NCBI GenBank assembly: GCA_001189195.1
Contig: LFCQ01000002.1
Span: 68,997-132,996 of the forward strand
Source: Parcubacteria bacterium C7867-007
GTDB lineage: Bacteria > Patescibacteriota > Minisyncoccia > Phycocordibacterales > Phycocordibacteraceae
Length of the DNA: 64,000 nt
Direction: 5' to 3'
Position 1 is the stretch's first letter. Each line of letters opens with the position of its first letter. Under the pieces are notes generated by a model, which did not search any database, was not told the origin of the DNA, and saw only the letters and a program-made list of their open reading frames with translations. Below are positions 44,423 through 54,654 of this stretch, one piece after another. Made by a program: the position numbers and the translations under genes.

Positions 44423-46285
44423 ATGGCATCGAACGGGGGACACCCATTGGAAACACTACGTGCACGCTTGTATGCCCCAAAGCCGGTAGGGACGGTTACA
44501 CCCAATACTCTTTCACAAGAACGTGCACCGGTGACTACTGCGTGGGCACCACCTCCACCTCCGATTATTAAACCTCCCCGTAAAAAGCTTCCACCATCAC
44601 TATGGTTCTTGATTGCTGCAGGGGGGTTCTTTCTAATTGCTGGCATTGTTGCGGCTCTCTTTCTGGTATTTGGGGGCCGTTCTGTATCTGTTGAACATGT
44701 AACTATCGAAGTTCCTGGTCAAACAACGATTGCTAGTGGTGATACGGTACCCATACTTATATCGGTTAAAAATGATAACCCTGTCGCAATGCTGAATGCG
44801 ACTATCACGGTAGATCTTCCTGAAGGAACACGTGATGCAAGTGACCCAAATAAAGCATTGGACCAGTTCTCAGACTCACTTGGTGACATTGCTCCAGACA
44901 CGCGTGCAGAACGTACCGTCAATGCAATACTTTTTGGCGCTGAAAATCAGATACTAACCATTCCGATTCGTGTTGAGTATCGAACCCTTGGATCAAATGC
45001 GGTATCTGTTAAGGAAGTAAAATACTTTGTAACGGTAACGACCTCTCCTGTTTCAGTAACCGTACAGAGCATGAAGGAGGTAGAGAGTGGGGGACCTGTA
45101 ACCATACGTGTTGCGGTACGCTCAAATGCCACCACTCCACTAAAGAACATTGCACTGCTCGGTACGTATTCTCCAGGATTCATACCAATTAGTGCGACAC
45201 CGGCCGCAACAAGTGGTTCTTATTTTGTTCTCGGTGAACTAGCTCCAGGACAAGAGAAAATCATTACCGTAACAGGAACATTAACAGGTACTCAGGGTGA
45301 TGATCGTGTATTCACGTTCACGGTAGGTACGGCGAAGGACGATGGTACATCAGCACTCGGTATTTCCTATATGAGCAACCAGGTTGCGGTAGCTATAGCA
45401 AAGCCCTTCCTTGGCGTAACAGTTTCACTTAATCGTGAGAACGGGGATGTCGTTACTGTTCCTTCAGGACAGTCTGTGCAGGGAAATGTGTCATGGAAGA
45501 ATAGCCTCACCGCTCCGGTTGCAAACGCTCAGATATATGTAAAGTTTTCGGGTAATGCGTTTGATCCTGCAACGGTTGTTGCGGGAACAGGTTACTACCG
45601 TTCAAATGATTCAACCATTGTCTTTGATAAAAGCTCCAACCCTGGCCTAGCACTATTGCAACCCAATGATACAGGTGCGGGTACATTCACTTTTAAGCCA
45701 AAACAAGGAGTACGTAATCCTTCAGTGGATCTAACCATTACAATTATTGGAACACGGGCTGGAACAGGAGGAGGTGCACTTACTTCAAAACTTACCCGCA
45801 CACTCAAGATTGGTACCGGAATCGCACTTTCCTCAAAGATTCTCCACACAGGTGGCGGGATTACTAATACAGGCCCGGTACCTCCTATAGCCAATCAGGA
45901 AACTACCTATACCATACAGCTTACGGCTCAGAATTCCTTAAATGGTGTGGGGGGCGCCATTAGTACTACTGTGCTGCCTGCCTACGTACGCTACACCGGG
46001 GTTACCAGTGCAGGAGAAACATCAATAACGTATGATGAGTCCACCCGTACGGTTTCTTGGAATATTGGTGAACTAACTCCTGACGACGCTAAGACCGCAT
46101 CCTTCCAGGTTGCCGTCTTGCCAAGCATTGCTCAGAAGGGTACAAGTCCTATAGTGATTCCAACGCAAACCCTAACTGGAACAGACCGATTTACGCAGCA
46201 GCTCGTTACCGCATCAGCAAGTGCACTCACCATACAGACACCGGGTGATGCAGGATACATCCCTGATAAGGGTATTGTGAAATAA
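44423..46285 (+). CDS. Large membrane-anchored surface protein with repeated Ig-like/beta-sandwich segments
   Basis: Pro-rich segment then TM LWFLIAAGGFFLIAGIVAALFLVF; rich in T, S, V and G with periodic hydrophobic repeats; start set at MASNGG. Confidence 0.55.
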   Translation: MASNGGHPLETLRARLYAPKPVGTVTPNTLSQERAPVTTAWAPPPPPIIKPPRKKLPPSLWFLIAAGGFFLIAGIVAALFLVFGGRSVSVEHVTIEVPGQTTIASGDTVPILISVKNDNPVAMLNATITVDLPEGTRDASDPNKALDQFSDSLGDIAPDTRAERTVNAILFGAENQILTIPIRVEYRTLGSNAVSVKEVKYFVTVTTSPVSVTVQSMKEVESGGPVTIRVAVRSNATTPLKNIALLGTYSPGFIPISATPAATSGSYFVLGELAPGQEKIITVTGTLTGTQGDDRVFTFTVGTAKDDGTSALGISYMSNQVAVAIAKPFLGVTVSLNRENGDVVTVPSGQSVQGNVSWKNSLTAPVANAQIYVKFSGNAFDPATVVAGTGYYRSNDSTIVFDKSSNPGLALLQPNDTGAGTFTFKPKQGVRNPSVDLTITIIGTRAGTGGGALTSKLTRTLKIGTGIALSSKILHTGGGITNTGPVPPIANQETTYTIQLTAQNSLNGVGGAISTTVLPAYVRYTGVTSAGETSITYDESTRTVSWNIGELTPDDAKTASFQVAVLPSIAQKGTSPIVIPTQTLTGTDRFTQQLVTASASALTIQTPGDAGYIPDKGIVK

Positions 46286-46288
46286 CTT

Positions 46289-47674
46289 ATGGAAAAGAAA
46301 CCTATTACCCTCGACACTATCATTGCGCTTTCTAAGCGTCGTGGATTTATATTCCCTGGCTCCGAAGTATACGGAGGACTCGCAGGAACATTTGATTATG
46401 GGCCTCTCGGTCTTGCACTAAAGAAGAATATTGAGAATCTGTGGTGGCGCACATTCGTTGACTTGCGTGACGACATGTACGGTATTGAGTCTGCAATACT
46501 CATGAATCCAAAGGTATGGGAGACAAGTGGGCACGTGGGTGGTTTCAATGACCCGCTGGTTATCGATCAGAAAACAAATAAGCGGTACCGTGCAGACCAC
46601 CTTCTAGAAGAGGCAGGCGTTGATGTGGCAGGTATGTCGCTCGCTGATATGGGTGCAGCGATAGCTGAAAAGGGAATCAAGAGCCCTGAAGGTAATCCGC
46701 TATCTGACCCACAGCAGTTCAACATGATGTTCAAGACATCAGTAGGTTCTATTGAAGGTGGTGAGATGCCGGTATACCTCCGCCCAGAAACAGCTCAGGG
46801 TATGTTTGTGAACTTTAAGAATATTCAGGACTCCTATCACCCGAAGCTTCCATTTGGTATTGCACAGATCGGTACCTCGTTCCGTAACGAGATCGCGCCA
46901 CGTGAGTTCCTCTTCCGTGTACGCGAACTCGAGATCATGGAACTTGAATACTTTATAACTGAGGCTGAATGGGAACCATTATTTGAACAGTGGCGCACTC
47001 AGATGCTCGCTTGGTTCTCTGCAATTGGATACGCAGCAGATGACATAAAGGAAGTGGAGGTTGAGGGTGGCGATCTTGCACACTACTCAAAGCGTACTCT
47101 CGACTTCTATTTCAAATATCCAGGTGGATATAAAGAAATTGGAGGTCTTGCATACCGCACCGACTTCGACCTTTCAAATCACATGGAAGCAACAAAGGAA
47201 GATCTGCGATATCTCGATCCTGAGACAGGAGAAAAGACCGTGCCTCATGTAATTGAGCCAACGTTCGGCCTCGGTCGCCATGTGCTTGCAAGTCTTGTTG
47301 CTGCATATGACGAAGATGATCTTGGTGGGGAGACACGTGTTGTACTTCGTCTTCCTCCTGCAATTGCACCGATTAAAGCAATGGTGGCGCCACTCCTTAA
47401 GAACAAACCAGAACTGGTTGCAAAGGCGCGTGAAGTTCGTGCTGAACTTCAGAAAATACACCCTGCAATTGCATGGGATGATAACGGAAATGTGGGTAAG
47501 CGGTATCGCCGTCAGGATGAGATCGGAACTCCATTCTGCATCACCATAGACTTCGATACGTTAGGGGAGAATCCTGATCTTCTTGATACCGTAACCCTCC
47601 GACACCGCGATACTGGAGAGCAGGAACGCCTTACCGTTGCTGAAGTGGCTGAGCGTATCCGTACCAGCCTCTAA
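46289..47674 (+). CDS. glyQS: Glycyl-tRNA synthetase, alpha2 (GlyQS) type
   Basis: Class-II motifs; FRNEIAPREFLFRVRELEIMELEYF; C-terminal anticodon-binding domain. Confidence 0.9.
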   Translation: MEKKPITLDTIIALSKRRGFIFPGSEVYGGLAGTFDYGPLGLALKKNIENLWWRTFVDLRDDMYGIESAILMNPKVWETSGHVGGFNDPLVIDQKTNKRYRADHLLEEAGVDVAGMSLADMGAAIAEKGIKSPEGNPLSDPQQFNMMFKTSVGSIEGGEMPVYLRPETAQGMFVNFKNIQDSYHPKLPFGIAQIGTSFRNEIAPREFLFRVRELEIMELEYFITEAEWEPLFEQWRTQMLAWFSAIGYAADDIKEVEVEGGDLAHYSKRTLDFYFKYPGGYKEIGGLAYRTDFDLSNHMEATKEDLRYLDPETGEKTVPHVIEPTFGLGRHVLASLVAAYDEDDLGGETRVVLRLPPAIAPIKAMVAPLLKNKPELVAKAREVRAELQKIHPAIAWDDNGNVGKRYRRQDEIGTPFCITIDFDTLGENPDLLDTVTLRHRDTGEQERLTVAEVAERIRTSL

Positions 47675-47699
47675 ACGTCCATTGTGCTAGCATAGGGAT

Positions 47700-48749
47700 A
47701 TGGAAAAGCATACTTCTATCTCAATCACGTCGGGCACCTTTGTGCGGGCTATATTCATAGCGGCAGTCGCATACATGGCTTGGATACTCAGAGATCTCGT
47801 ACTTCTGGTTATTACGGCCATTGTTATCGCAACCGCTATTGAGCCAGGTGTGGTCTTCTTTATGAAGCGGAAGATTCCTCGCATCATTTCCGTTGTGGTG
47901 ATGTATGCAATTGTGCTCGGTTCACTTTTCAGTATCACGTATTTCTTCCTCCCACCGATACTTGCTGACGCACAGGGTGTGGTGACGCAGCTCCCACAGT
48001 ATCTAGAATCATTTAATCTTCCAATGCTCGGTATCCCTGAACTGACCCCGATTACCGCACAAGGGGGAAGTCTCCAGTCTCTACTTGAAACTATCTTCTC
48101 GTATCGCACCGCATTTGCAGATAGCTCTGAAGGCGCACTACGACTTGCCTCAGTGATCTTCGGTGGACTCTTCTCGTTGATACTGGTGATAGTGCTTTCG
48201 TTCTACTTCGCACTGCAAGAAACGGGTGTTGAAGACTTCCTTCGTCTCGTGACCCCTTCACGGCAAGAGGACTACATTGTTGGTTTGTGGCACCGTGCAC
48301 AAAAGAAGATAGGGCAATGGATGCAAGGCCAATTGTTACTCTCACTTATTGTGGGTGTGACGGTATATCTGGGTCTGCTTATTCTGGGTGTCCCTTATGC
48401 ACTTTTCCTCGCGATCATGGCAGCAGTCTTCGATCTCATTCCTATCTTCGGCTCATTCATTGCAGGTATAGCAGCAGCCATAATCGCATTCGCATCAGGT
48501 GGGTTTGCACTAGCGCTGCTTGTAGCCGGCTTGTACTTCATTGTTAATCAATTTGAGGCACATCTTATCTACCCACTAGTCGTGAACAAGGTAGTTGGTA
48601 TTCCGCCACTTCTCGTTATCCTCGCACTTATCGCGGGCGGCACCCTTATCGGATTCCTTGGCGTACTTCTCTCAGTACCATTCGCTGCAGTACTTCGTGA
48701 GTTCCTTAACGACTACGATCAGCACAAGCGTTCGGCCGTTACTGCATAA
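47700..48749 (+). CDS. AI-2E family transporter (PerM/YhhT-like, UPF0118)
   Basis: Eight TM helices; conserved LFLAIMAAVFDLIPIFGSFIAGIAAAIIAF segment. Confidence 0.75.
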   Translation: MEKHTSISITSGTFVRAIFIAAVAYMAWILRDLVLLVITAIVIATAIEPGVVFFMKRKIPRIISVVVMYAIVLGSLFSITYFFLPPILADAQGVVTQLPQYLESFNLPMLGIPELTPITAQGGSLQSLLETIFSYRTAFADSSEGALRLASVIFGGLFSLILVIVLSFYFALQETGVEDFLRLVTPSRQEDYIVGLWHRAQKKIGQWMQGQLLLSLIVGVTVYLGLLILGVPYALFLAIMAAVFDLIPIFGSFIAGIAAAIIAFASGGFALALLVAGLYFIVNQFEAHLIYPLVVNKVVGIPPLLVILALIAGGTLIGFLGVLLSVPFAAVLREFLNDYDQHKRSAVTA

Positions 48750-48761
48750 GCAGTCCTCTGT

Positions 48762-50192
48762 ATGGCTCGCTACATCACCTCCACGCTTCCATACGTGAAT
48801 GCGGATCCGCACATCGGCTTCGCACATGAAATTCTTCAAGCGGATGTATTGGCCCGTACCTGGCGCATGAATGGGGAAGAGGTGTTCTTCAATACTGGTA
48901 CCGACGAACATGGCCAGAAGATTCTGCAGGCAGCAGAGAAAGAAGGGAAGGATGTTCAAGCATATACTGATCACTTCGCCGCGCAGTTTGAGAAACTAAA
49001 GGGTGCACTCGCTATCTCAAACGATGCCTTCATTCGCACCAGCAACCCAAAGCATGTTGAGGCAGCGCAAGAGATGTGGAAACGTTGTGAGAAGGATATA
49101 TATAAGAAGTCCTATTCAGGACTGTACTGCGTTGGGTGTGAATCTTTTAAGACTGAGAAAGATATCGTGGGCGGTATGTGCGTTATTCATACCAACATGG
49201 AGCTGCAGGAGATTGCAGAAGAAAACTACTTCTTCAAACTCTCTAACCATCAAGACTATCTTCTTGAGTATCTAAGTAACAAGGACGTAATCATTCCTGA
49301 GTGGCGTCGCGAAGAGGCAATTACCTTTGTGAAAGGCGGTCTTGAGGACTTTAGTATCTCTCGTGAGAAAGCAAAGCTCTCGTGGGGTGTGCCCGTACCC
49401 GGTGATGACACTCAAGTGATGTATGTGTGGTTCGATGCTCTCACTAGCTACATCTCCACACTAGGTTGGCCGTCTGACCAAGAAGGGAAGTTTAAGAAGT
49501 TCTGGGAAGAAGGAAAGACTCTTCAGCTTGGTGGAAAAGATCAGGTTCGTTTCCAGTCCGTTATGTGGCAAGCCATGCTTAAGTCTGCAGGCATAAAACA
49601 CACCGACCAGGTGTTCTATCAGGGATTCATAAACTCCGGAGGACAAAAGATGTCCAAGTCCTTGGGTAACGTTATCAGTCCATTTGAGTTGGTTGATAAG
49701 TATGGCACTGAAGCAACACGATACATTCTGCTTCGTCATGTTCATCCTATAGAAGATTCTGATGTCACCTGGGAGCGCATGGATGAGTGGTACACTGCAA
49801 ACCTGGTCAATGGCCTGGGTAACCTGGTGGCGCGAGTAATGAAGCTCGCAGAGTCACATCTATCTCAGCCCGTTGAAATCACTGAAGAGGATCTTCGTGT
49901 TGAAGATGCATTCCTCGCGCACATTGATGCGTTCCAATTCCAAATGGCAATGGATCTTGTGTTCGAACACATCTCAAAGGGTGATGAGTATATGACCGAG
50001 AACGAGCCGTATAAGAAGGTTAAAGACCCAGCAACAGAAGCTGAGGCTCGTGCCATGATCGAGAATCTCGTACATCACGTAGTGAAAGTTGCTGTGCATT
50101 TGCAGACTGTGATGCCTGAGACAGCAGAATCAATTCTTTCTGCAGTACGCACAAACAGGAAGCCGGAGAATCTATTCCCACGTCTCGCATAG
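48762..50192 (+). CDS. metG: Methionyl-tRNA synthetase, minimal form without the C-terminal tRNA-binding domain
   Basis: HIGH-region PYVNADPHIGFAHEIL, KMSKS, anticodon-binding helical domain; the protein ends at 476 aa. Confidence 0.9.
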   Translation: MARYITSTLPYVNADPHIGFAHEILQADVLARTWRMNGEEVFFNTGTDEHGQKILQAAEKEGKDVQAYTDHFAAQFEKLKGALAISNDAFIRTSNPKHVEAAQEMWKRCEKDIYKKSYSGLYCVGCESFKTEKDIVGGMCVIHTNMELQEIAEENYFFKLSNHQDYLLEYLSNKDVIIPEWRREEAITFVKGGLEDFSISREKAKLSWGVPVPGDDTQVMYVWFDALTSYISTLGWPSDQEGKFKKFWEEGKTLQLGGKDQVRFQSVMWQAMLKSAGIKHTDQVFYQGFINSGGQKMSKSLGNVISPFELVDKYGTEATRYILLRHVHPIEDSDVTWERMDEWYTANLVNGLGNLVARVMKLAESHLSQPVEITEEDLRVEDAFLAHIDAFQFQMAMDLVFEHISKGDEYMTENEPYKKVKDPATEAEARAMIENLVHHVVKVAVHLQTVMPETAESILSAVRTNRKPENLFPRLA

Positions 50193-50203
50193 GTTTCAGA
50201 CGT

Positions 50204-51013
50204 ATGAAGTATTTCGATGCACATTGCCACATACAGTTCGACGCATATGATGCAGACCGCGAAGAACTCGTCCGTTCAATGGATGAGCAAGGTGTTGGTG
50301 GACTAGTGGTTGGTGTTGATCGTGTTTCTTCTGAACAGGCTATTAAGCTTGTTGAGAAACATGAGTCACTTTTTGCTGCAGTTGGACTTCACCCGAATGA
50401 TTGTCCCGAAGAAGTCTTTACTGTTTCTTTGTACCGAGAACTAGCATCACACCCCAAAGTACTCGCCATAGGGGAGTGTGGTTTAGATAACTATCGCCCT
50501 GAAGACCCGGAGGCAACAAAAAGGAAACAGCGAGAAGTGTTTGAGCAACATGTGCAACTTGCCATCGAGACAGACAAGCCGCTCATGATTCACTCACGTC
50601 CTTCCAAAGGAACGCAGGACGCGTACGAAGACACCATCGACATTCTTAAGAGCTATAAGCGGGAACACGGAGATAAGGTACGGGGTGATATGCACTTCTT
50701 TGTAGGTGGGGTAGAGGAGGCTCGCCAGTTTGTGGATCTAGACTTCACCCTCTCCTATACCGCCGTCCTAACCTTCACTCAGGACTATGACGAGGTGGTC
50801 CGTTTTGCACCCCTCACACACCTTCTTTCCGAGACCGATTCACCGTATGTGGCACCGGCACCTAACCGCGGAAAGCGTAACGATCCACGTGCTGTACAGG
50901 CAGTTATTGGGGCCATAGCGCGTATACGAGGCGAAGATGAGGAAATGGTACGAGATCAGGTGCTCCAGAACGCTGAGCGGCTCTTTGGGGCAACCTTGCG
51001 GGGCCTAAAATAG
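50204..51013 (+). CDS. tatD: TatD-family metal-dependent DNase/hydrolase
   Basis: MKYFDAHCHIQF N-terminus plus the later His and Asp motifs. Confidence 0.85.
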   Translation: MKYFDAHCHIQFDAYDADREELVRSMDEQGVGGLVVGVDRVSSEQAIKLVEKHESLFAAVGLHPNDCPEEVFTVSLYRELASHPKVLAIGECGLDNYRPEDPEATKRKQREVFEQHVQLAIETDKPLMIHSRPSKGTQDAYEDTIDILKSYKREHGDKVRGDMHFFVGGVEEARQFVDLDFTLSYTAVLTFTQDYDEVVRFAPLTHLLSETDSPYVAPAPNRGKRNDPRAVQAVIGAIARIRGEDEEMVRDQVLQNAERLFGATLRGLK

Positions 51014-51033
51014 CGTGGTAGTATCGCCCTATT

Positions 51034-51525
51034 ATGGCTACTGAGAAGATTTCAACCGAGGAAGAGGTCCTCGACACCGACCACGCTGAACAGCGTGTAT
51101 ATGAGCTAGGTTTCCACCTTGATCCGGAACTTCCGGAGACTGAGGTAAAGAAGAGCTACCAGGCACTTCGTGATCTCATTGCTGGAAAGGGTACTGTTAT
51201 CGCTGAGGGTGAACCAACTAAGATTCCCCTCGCATATACCATTTCTCGTACTGAAACAGGTGTTGGTCGCCGTGACTTTGATAGCGCATTCTTCTGCTGG
51301 ATTGCCTATGAGGTAACTGGTGCTGATCATGCTGAAGTCGTGGCTGCTGCCAACGAAGAGAAGCGTATTATTCGCTTCCTCGACCTCCGTACCACCAAGG
51401 AAGAAGCAAAGCACTCTGAGGAGATGCAGGCTATCTTCGCTCAGATGGCAAACGATGACGTAGCTCCTGAGGAGGAGACCGTTTCTGAGACTGAGCTCGA
51501 TGCAGCTCTAAAGGAGGTTGTATAA
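51034..51525 (+). CDS. rpsF: 30S ribosomal protein S6 with an acidic C-terminal tail
   Basis: RVYELGFHLDPEL ... IPLAYTI matches the bS6 core; starts the rpsF-ssb-rpsR operon order. Confidence 0.8.
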   Translation: MATEKISTEEEVLDTDHAEQRVYELGFHLDPELPETEVKKSYQALRDLIAGKGTVIAEGEPTKIPLAYTISRTETGVGRRDFDSAFFCWIAYEVTGADHAEVVAAANEEKRIIRFLDLRTTKEEAKHSEEMQAIFAQMANDDVAPEEETVSETELDAALKEVV

Positions 51526-51658
51526 AGCCCAACTAAAGGGGTTATAAGAACGAACCGACCACTAGGTCGGTTTTTTCTTAAGGGACGGTACTAGCATCTA
51601 GGCAGGGGAACCGTGGCTGGTATACTTAGTACAAGACCTAAAAATCAGCCAAATCACT

Positions 51659-52159
51659 ATGTATCTCAACAAAGTACTGCTCTACGGAAACCTTACTCGC
51701 GACCCTGAACTCCGTGCTATCCCTTCAGGACAGCAAGTAGCATCGTTTGGTATTGCAACCAACCGCACCTTCAAGAATAAGGAAGGACAGCAGCAAGACC
51801 AGACCGAATTTCATAACATTGTTGCTTTCGGACGCACAGCTGAAGTGATGGGGCAGTACCTTAAGAAAGGTCGCCCGGTATACATTGAAGGACGCATCCA
51901 GACTCGCTCTTGGGATAAAGACGGAGCTAAGCAGTACCGCACAGAGATCGTGGTAGATAGCTTCCAGTTTGGTCCTCAGGCAGGCGGCACCGATGGTGCA
52001 CGTTCTGGTGGCAACAGCGCTCCTGCAGGAAATGCTGCAAGTACTAACCGTGCAGCAAGCATTGCACCTGAAACAGGCGGTGTAGACGACTTTGGGGGCA
52101 CCGGTGATGCTATTCAGTACCCTGATGACGAGATAAATCCTGAGGATATTCCTTTCTAG
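51659..52159 (+). CDS. ssb: Single-stranded DNA-binding protein
   Basis: OB fold [19 protein letters not shown]...; acidic C-terminal tail ending DIPF. Confidence 0.92.
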   Translation: MYLNKVLLYGNLTRDPELRAIPSGQQVASFGIATNRTFKNKEGQQQDQTEFHNIVAFGRTAEVMGQYLKKGRPVYIEGRIQTRSWDKDGAKQYRTEIVVDSFQFGPQAGGTDGARSGGNSAPAGNAASTNRAASIAPETGGVDDFGGTGDAIQYPDDEINPEDIPF

Positions 52160-52177
52160 CCCCTACGTACGGCACCA

Positions 52178-52432
52178 TTGCAAAATAGGGCCGAATCAGA
52201 TAGGCTAGAGCAACTAACCACCTATATGGCATATCAATCAGAACGCGAGGAGATCGAGCACAAGAAATTCGTAGACTACAAGGATGTAGCGTACCTACGT
52301 CAGTTCACGAATACTCACGCTAAGATCATGGCTAAGAAGCGCACTGGCGTATCTGCTAGTCGCCAACGAGAAATCGCTATGGCGATCAAGCGTGCCCGTT
52401 TCATGGGACTTCTCCCATACCTCTCTGCGTAA
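52178..52432 (+). CDS. rpsR: 30S ribosomal protein S18
   Basis: KKFVDYKDVAYLRQFTNTHAKIMAKKRTGVSASRQREIAMAIKRARFMGLLPY; the true start may be the internal ATG about 48 nt downstream. Confidence 0.88.
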   Translation: MQNRAESDRLEQLTTYMAYQSEREEIEHKKFVDYKDVAYLRQFTNTHAKIMAKKRTGVSASRQREIAMAIKRARFMGLLPYLSA

Positions 52433-52535
52433 ATCGCACAAAAAACAACAGGCTCGAAAGGGCCTGTTGTTTTTTCATAACAGGTCTACAATGCACTGCA
52501 GGGATAAGGTACATACATAGCTTGGGGAGAAACAG

Positions 52536-52934
52536 ATGTTTTTTGGAGCGATCATTGCTGTTGCTGTGGCCACGGCACCAGCTACAAATGGGGAACGATT
52601 CAGTCGACGTGAAGCAATAGAAGCTGCTGCGTATTGCCTGGGATGGGCTACTCCGGTGGCAAAGGCCCTCCCAAACAATATGGCGGTGCAGAAGAACCTG
52701 AAGGGCCATCTGACGATGATTAACGGAATCGTCGTCAAACCAACAGTAAAGTCCTGTGGGGCACCCTACGTCATGCCGCAGTTTCAGCAGAAAACGGGCG
52801 ATACGGTTCTTGGGCTTGTTGCGCTTAAGACGGGAGAATCGGACGAATACCTCTACCACCTACTTGTTGACCTCGGACCTGATGCAGATGGCGTTCATCG
52901 CTTCATTGGTCAGGTCGCGGTCGAAGACGAGTAA
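52536..52934 (+). CDS. Hypothetical exported protein (132 aa), moderately GC-rich
   Basis: N-terminal hydrophobic segment MFFGAIIAVAVATAPA; a bidirectional terminator follows (52947-52985). Confidence 0.4.
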   Translation: MFFGAIIAVAVATAPATNGERFSRREAIEAAAYCLGWATPVAKALPNNMAVQKNLKGHLTMINGIVVKPTVKSCGAPYVMPQFQQKTGDTVLGLVALKTGESDEYLYHLLVDLGPDADGVHRFIGQVAVEDE

Positions 52935-53003
52935 GTGACCATAGGGGAAAAGAAAATGACCCGCTTCGGAGAGGCGGGTCATTCACTTATTTTGTAGTCC
53001 CCA

Positions 53004-53579
53004 TTATGCCTTCTCCATGCGTTCTGTATATTCACCGGTATCAGTATTAATACGGAGAACATCGCCCTCATTAATAAACATAGGGGTGCTGATGGTTGCA
53101 CCAGATTCAACCGTTACGTACTTGCTACCTCCTGTCGCGGTGTCTCCCTTAACCGCAGGAGCTGCCTCTGTGACCTTCAGATCAACCTTGATAGGAATCT
53201 TCACCGTTGCTGGTTTATCCTTGTACGTCATCACTTCAACCGGAGCATTTTGAATGAGCCACTGCACTTTGTCGTGTACCGCTTCCTCAGGGAAGGAGAA
53301 GCGGTTCTTTGGATTTCCTTCCTCTGCAAACCAAGACTCGCCGCGGTTGGTGTACAGGTAGTTGGCACTAATGGTTGCTATATCTGCTTCAGGAACGTTC
53401 TCATTCTGATGGAAGGAGATCTCTGTCACTTTGCCAGAGATAAGGTGACGAAGCTTGGTCTGGTTAACCGGCTTGCGCTGCTGCATACGGAATACGTGGG
53501 ACGAGAGTACTTCGTACGGCTCGTTATTGTATTCGATAACCTTCTTCTGAACGATCTCGTTATAGGAAAGGATTGCCAT
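53004..53579 (-). CDS. efp: Elongation factor P
   Basis: Three OB/KOW-like domains; the conserved loop region around RKPVNQTKLRHLISGKV. Confidence 0.88.
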   Translation of the reverse strand: MAILSYNEIVQKKVIEYNNEPYEVLSSHVFRMQQRKPVNQTKLRHLISGKVTEISFHQNENVPEADIATISANYLYTNRGESWFAEEGNPKNRFSFPEEAVHDKVQWLIQNAPVEVMTYKDKPATVKIPIKVDLKVTEAAPAVKGDTATGGSKYVTVESGATISTPMFINEGDVLRINTDTGEYTERMEKA

Positions 53580-53647
53580 GATTGATTCAGCTAGTAACCG
53601 GAGCGGGTCCGGTGGCGTTATAAAAGATGCCAGCCAGTTAGGTCTGG

Positions 53648-54259
53648 GTGACGAGTAACGGTATGATACAGGACGTGGGACGCAAGTCTAGTATATGGGG
53701 GGTTGAATGGACGGAAGCTTCGGATGAAGTGGTGCTTTCGGAGTCCCGTACACGCCCGGAGCTTTTTGAGCTCTTGGTAGATCGATACCAGGATGCCTTT
53801 CTACGTAAAGCAAAATCTATCCTATATCGTCAGGAAGATGCAGAAGAAATGGTGCAAGACACCTTCACACGCATATACCTCTATGCAGATCGATTCGTTC
53901 CGCAGGAAGGCGCACAGTTCTCATCATGGGCCTATGCCATCTTGATACGTCTCTGCTTCACGCGCTATCAGAAGATGAAGAAGGAGCGGGGCAGAACAAT
54001 GGAGCTCGAGCCTGAAGCATATGAGCGTATTGCAGATACCGAGGCCTTTCTCGATGATCTGACTATTCGGAATGAGGTATTAATGGCGCTTGCACGCATG
54101 CCGGAAACCGCAAGCCGCATTCTTCGGTTACAGTTTCTTGAGGGCAAGACCCAGGAAGAGATTGCCGTTATAGAAGGAGCTTCTGTTGCGGCCGTAAAAA
54201 CTCGAGTACACCGTGCAAAGAAATCTTTCAAAGAAGCATTTATATATGGAAAAAAATAA
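53648..54259 (+). CDS. ECF-type RNA polymerase sigma factor (sigma-70 regions 2 and 4)
   Basis: Region 2 EEMVQDTFTRIYLYADRF ... FSSWAYAILIRL; region 4 KTQEEIAVIEGASVAAVKTRVHRAKKSF. Confidence 0.75.
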   Translation: MTSNGMIQDVGRKSSIWGVEWTEASDEVVLSESRTRPELFELLVDRYQDAFLRKAKSILYRQEDAEEMVQDTFTRIYLYADRFVPQEGAQFSSWAYAILIRLCFTRYQKMKKERGRTMELEPEAYERIADTEAFLDDLTIRNEVLMALARMPETASRILRLQFLEGKTQEEIAVIEGASVAAVKTRVHRAKKSFKEAFIYGKK

Positions 54260-54599
54260 CACTAATCACTCAGAGCATATGTCCGATATACAAGCAGTGG
54301 TGATGCGACGCGTGCACACCATTCATGCCATACGTCCCTTGGTTAGCAGCACAATGCTCGCAGCACTACTTTCTCTCGGGTCTCTGTATATGGTGGGTAG
54401 GGAAGTGTGGGTAGCGAAGGTGTTTGTGAACATGCCAAACCCGTTGCATGTAGCGAGCACTCTCCGTTTCTTCGAGGCAGCATTCTTCAATACCACAACG
54501 GTTGTTCAGGTGTTGTGCATTGTTGTTGCCTTCAGTGTGGTCTGGATCCTGAGAGATTTGGTTCGTGTGCTTCGACTTCCAGAGTTGCGAATAGCATAG
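54246..54599 (+). CDS. Putative anti-sigma factor / small membrane protein co-transcribed with the ECF sigma
   Basis: Starts 14 nt before the sigma gene stop; hydrophobic segments LVSSTMLAALLSLGSLYMV and VVQVLCIVVAFSVVWIL. Confidence 0.4.
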   Translation: MEKNNTNHSEHMSDIQAVVMRRVHTIHAIRPLVSSTMLAALLSLGSLYMVGREVWVAKVFVNMPNPLHVASTLRFFEAAFFNTTTVVQVLCIVVAFSVVWILRDLVRVLRLPELRIA

Positions 54600-54654
54600 A
54601 GCCAAATAAAAGAGAGACCGCACTTTGTGCGGTCTCTCTTTTATAAATAACTAA

